Below, in pieces: positions 62,680 to 64,000 of a stretch of DNA of 64,000 bases. The notes under the pieces were generated by a model. It was not told where the DNA came from. It did not search any database and saw only the letters and a program-made list of their open reading frames with translations. The stretch covers positions 186,001 through 250,000 of the IMG/VR virus record IMGVR_UViG_3300035698_029839; one strand, 5' to 3'. Within the stretch, counting starts at the first letter, position 1; each line of letters begins with the position of its first letter. Both the position numbers and the translations under genes were made by a program.

Positions 62680-62787
62680 TTTTGTAACACCGAATAGAAA
62701 ATAAGCAGTCAAGACATATGTTTTATTAAAGGAATCCTGTCTTTTATGTCGAATATATAGATATAAGTTATTTAGATAGGAGATAAA

Positions 62788-63477
62788 ATGAGAAAAAGAA
62801 CAAGTGTTGTGTGGAAGATATCAATAGAAGAATTAAAAAAGATAGTAAAAAAGAATGATAGTTTTGCAAAAATTTTAAAACATTTTGGGATGGCAATAGC
62901 AAGTGGAAACTATAAAACATTAAAAAAAAGATTAAATTATGAAAATATAAGTTATTCTCATATATCTCAAGGGCTTAATAATAATAAAGGAAGAAAATTT
63001 CCAGAAAGAGCTATTCCCTTAAAAGAAGTAATGGTAAAAAACTCTACCTATTGTAGGGGAACTCTTAAAAAAAGATTATTAAAAAAGGGTTTATTAGAAA
63101 ATAAATGTAATATTTGTGGACAAATTTCTGAACATAATAATATTAAGTTAATAATGGTTTTAGATCATATAAATGGAGTTTCTAATGATCATCGCGTAGA
63201 GAATTTAAGATTGCTTTGTCCTAATTGTAATAGCCAACAAAAAACATTTGCGGGAAGAAATTCTGTAAGAAAAAAATATAACTGTATTACTTGTGGTAAA
63301 AAAATTACAAAACATTCAAAATTGTGTAAAAGTTGCAGTGCTAGATTGCAAAAAAGAAAAGTTAAAAATAGACCTTCAGTAGAACAATTATTAAAAGAAA
63401 TAAAAGAAACTAATTATTGTGTTGTTGGTAGGAAATATGAAGTAAGTGATAATGCAGTAAGAAAATGGTTAAAATAA
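62788..63477 (+). CDS. HNH endonuclease in tRNA array (paralog 2)
   Basis: Close paralog of 60179-60892 (NSTYCRGTLKKRLLK, LENLRLLCPNCNSQQ-like, LLKEIKETNYC). Confidence 0.9.
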   Translation: MRKRTSVVWKISIEELKKIVKKNDSFAKILKHFGMAIASGNYKTLKKRLNYENISYSHISQGLNNNKGRKFPERAIPLKEVMVKNSTYCRGTLKKRLLKKGLLENKCNICGQISEHNNIKLIMVLDHINGVSNDHRVENLRLLCPNCNSQQKTFAGRNSVRKKYNCITCGKKITKHSKLCKSCSARLQKRKVKNRPSVEQLLKEIKETNYCVVGRKYEVSDNAVRKWLK

Positions 63478-63479
63478 AA

Positions 63480-63551
63480 GGCCCATTCTTCTAGTGGCTA
63501 GGATATCAGGGTTTCATCCTGAAAACAGCGGTCCGACTCCGCTATGGGCTA
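63480..63551 (+). tRNA. tRNA-Glu(UUC)
   Basis: Cloverleaf; loop GT-TTC-AT; T loop TCCGACT. Confidence 0.85.
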
Positions 63552-63559
63552 TTTAATCA

Positions 63560-63597
63560 AGGCAGAAACTGAGGGTTCGAGTCCCTTCCAGAGTATT
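63560..63597 (+). pseudogene. orphan tRNA 3' half
   Basis: GAGGG-TTCGAGT-CCCTT T arm with no matching 5' half. Confidence 0.5.
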
Positions 63598-63600
63598 CCT

Positions 63601-63672
63601 GCTCTTCTGGTGTAACGGTTAGCATCCGTGATTCTCAGTCACGAGATAGGGGTCCGACTCCCCTGAAGAGTA
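63601..63672 (+). tRNA. tRNA-Glu(CUC)
   Basis: Cloverleaf; loop TT-CTC-AG; T loop TCCGACT. Confidence 0.85.
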
Positions 63673-63825
63673 TTTTTCCTCTTATAAGTCCTTGTCTTTT
63701 ATGGATTTAAAAAAATATTAAAAAAATTGGAAAAAAGTTATTGAAAAGTGAAAGAAAATCCGATATAGTAATATCATCATAACGAAAGTTATGACTTCTT
63801 TTACAAGTTAATAGAGAGAAAAAAG

Positions 63826-63896
63826 AAACGGGTTGAAGTCTAAAAGTTATCGATCCTTGAAAATCAAACACACTTTTTGACACACCATATCCGTTT
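63826..63896 (+). ncRNA. minimal Y-RNA-like ncRNA (Y3)
   Basis: AAACGGGTTGA...AAGTTATCG at 5' end and CATATCCGTTT at 3' end; inner stem GTC-AAAAGT/ACTTTT-GAC. Confidence 0.7.
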
Positions 63897-63910
63897 TTTC
63901 TAAAATATGC

Positions 63911-64000
63911 ATGTGGGTTGATTGATATTGGTTATCGATAATTACTGTGAAAAAGTGCAAGTAAGGATCAAAAAAGAGATTTAGGTAAAGTTAGATTGAG
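63911..64000 (+). ncRNA. Y-RNA-like ncRNA (Y4), truncated by the window end
   Basis: GGGTTGA...GGTTATCG; shares TGCAAGTA(A/G)GG with Y2. Confidence 0.55.

Noticed and set aside
1-64000. Stop-codon reassignment (TGA or TAG)
   Set aside because: Long genes read intact in code 11 and many end in TGA or TAG coupled to the next start. Only one isolated in-frame TGA was found.

Overview
AT-rich, gene-dense, essentially all plus-strand segment of what looks like a large (jumbo-type) phage genome. No structural or core replication genes fall in this window. Captured host-like genes (ClpC N-domain, HPr, prepilin-type peptide, PEP-CTERM protein) suggest a Planctomycetota host, probably Phycisphaerae (inference). 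Main content: (1) an RNA-repair/anti-defence block (Ro60/TROVE, Rnl1-type RNA ligase, two metallophosphoesterases, ADP-ribosylglycohydrolase, plus a queuosine-salvage enzyme); (2) DNA-modification genes (a beta-class MTase, a Type III Mod/Res pair between 73-bp direct repeats, and an MTase split by an HNH gene); (3) a promoter-bounded cassette with an SF2 helicase and three tandem-repeat proteins that share one N-terminal peptide; (4) a dispersed TTCCAGACAA motif forming two inverted pairs in a candidate origin/control region near 56.2 kb; (5) a tRNA array from 60 kb (13 tRNAs, two HNH genes) interleaved with four Y-RNA-like ncRNAs. Best candidate for an undescribed system: upstream of the tRNA/Y-RNA array is a 50-codon leader ORF using all 20 amino acids and 40 different codons, embedded in mutually exclusive anti-antiterminator, antiterminator and terminator helices. 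This is the layout expected of a ribosome-stalling attenuator that senses loss of almost any host tRNA and switches on the phage tRNA array. All family calls come from motif recognition by eye; no database searches were run.
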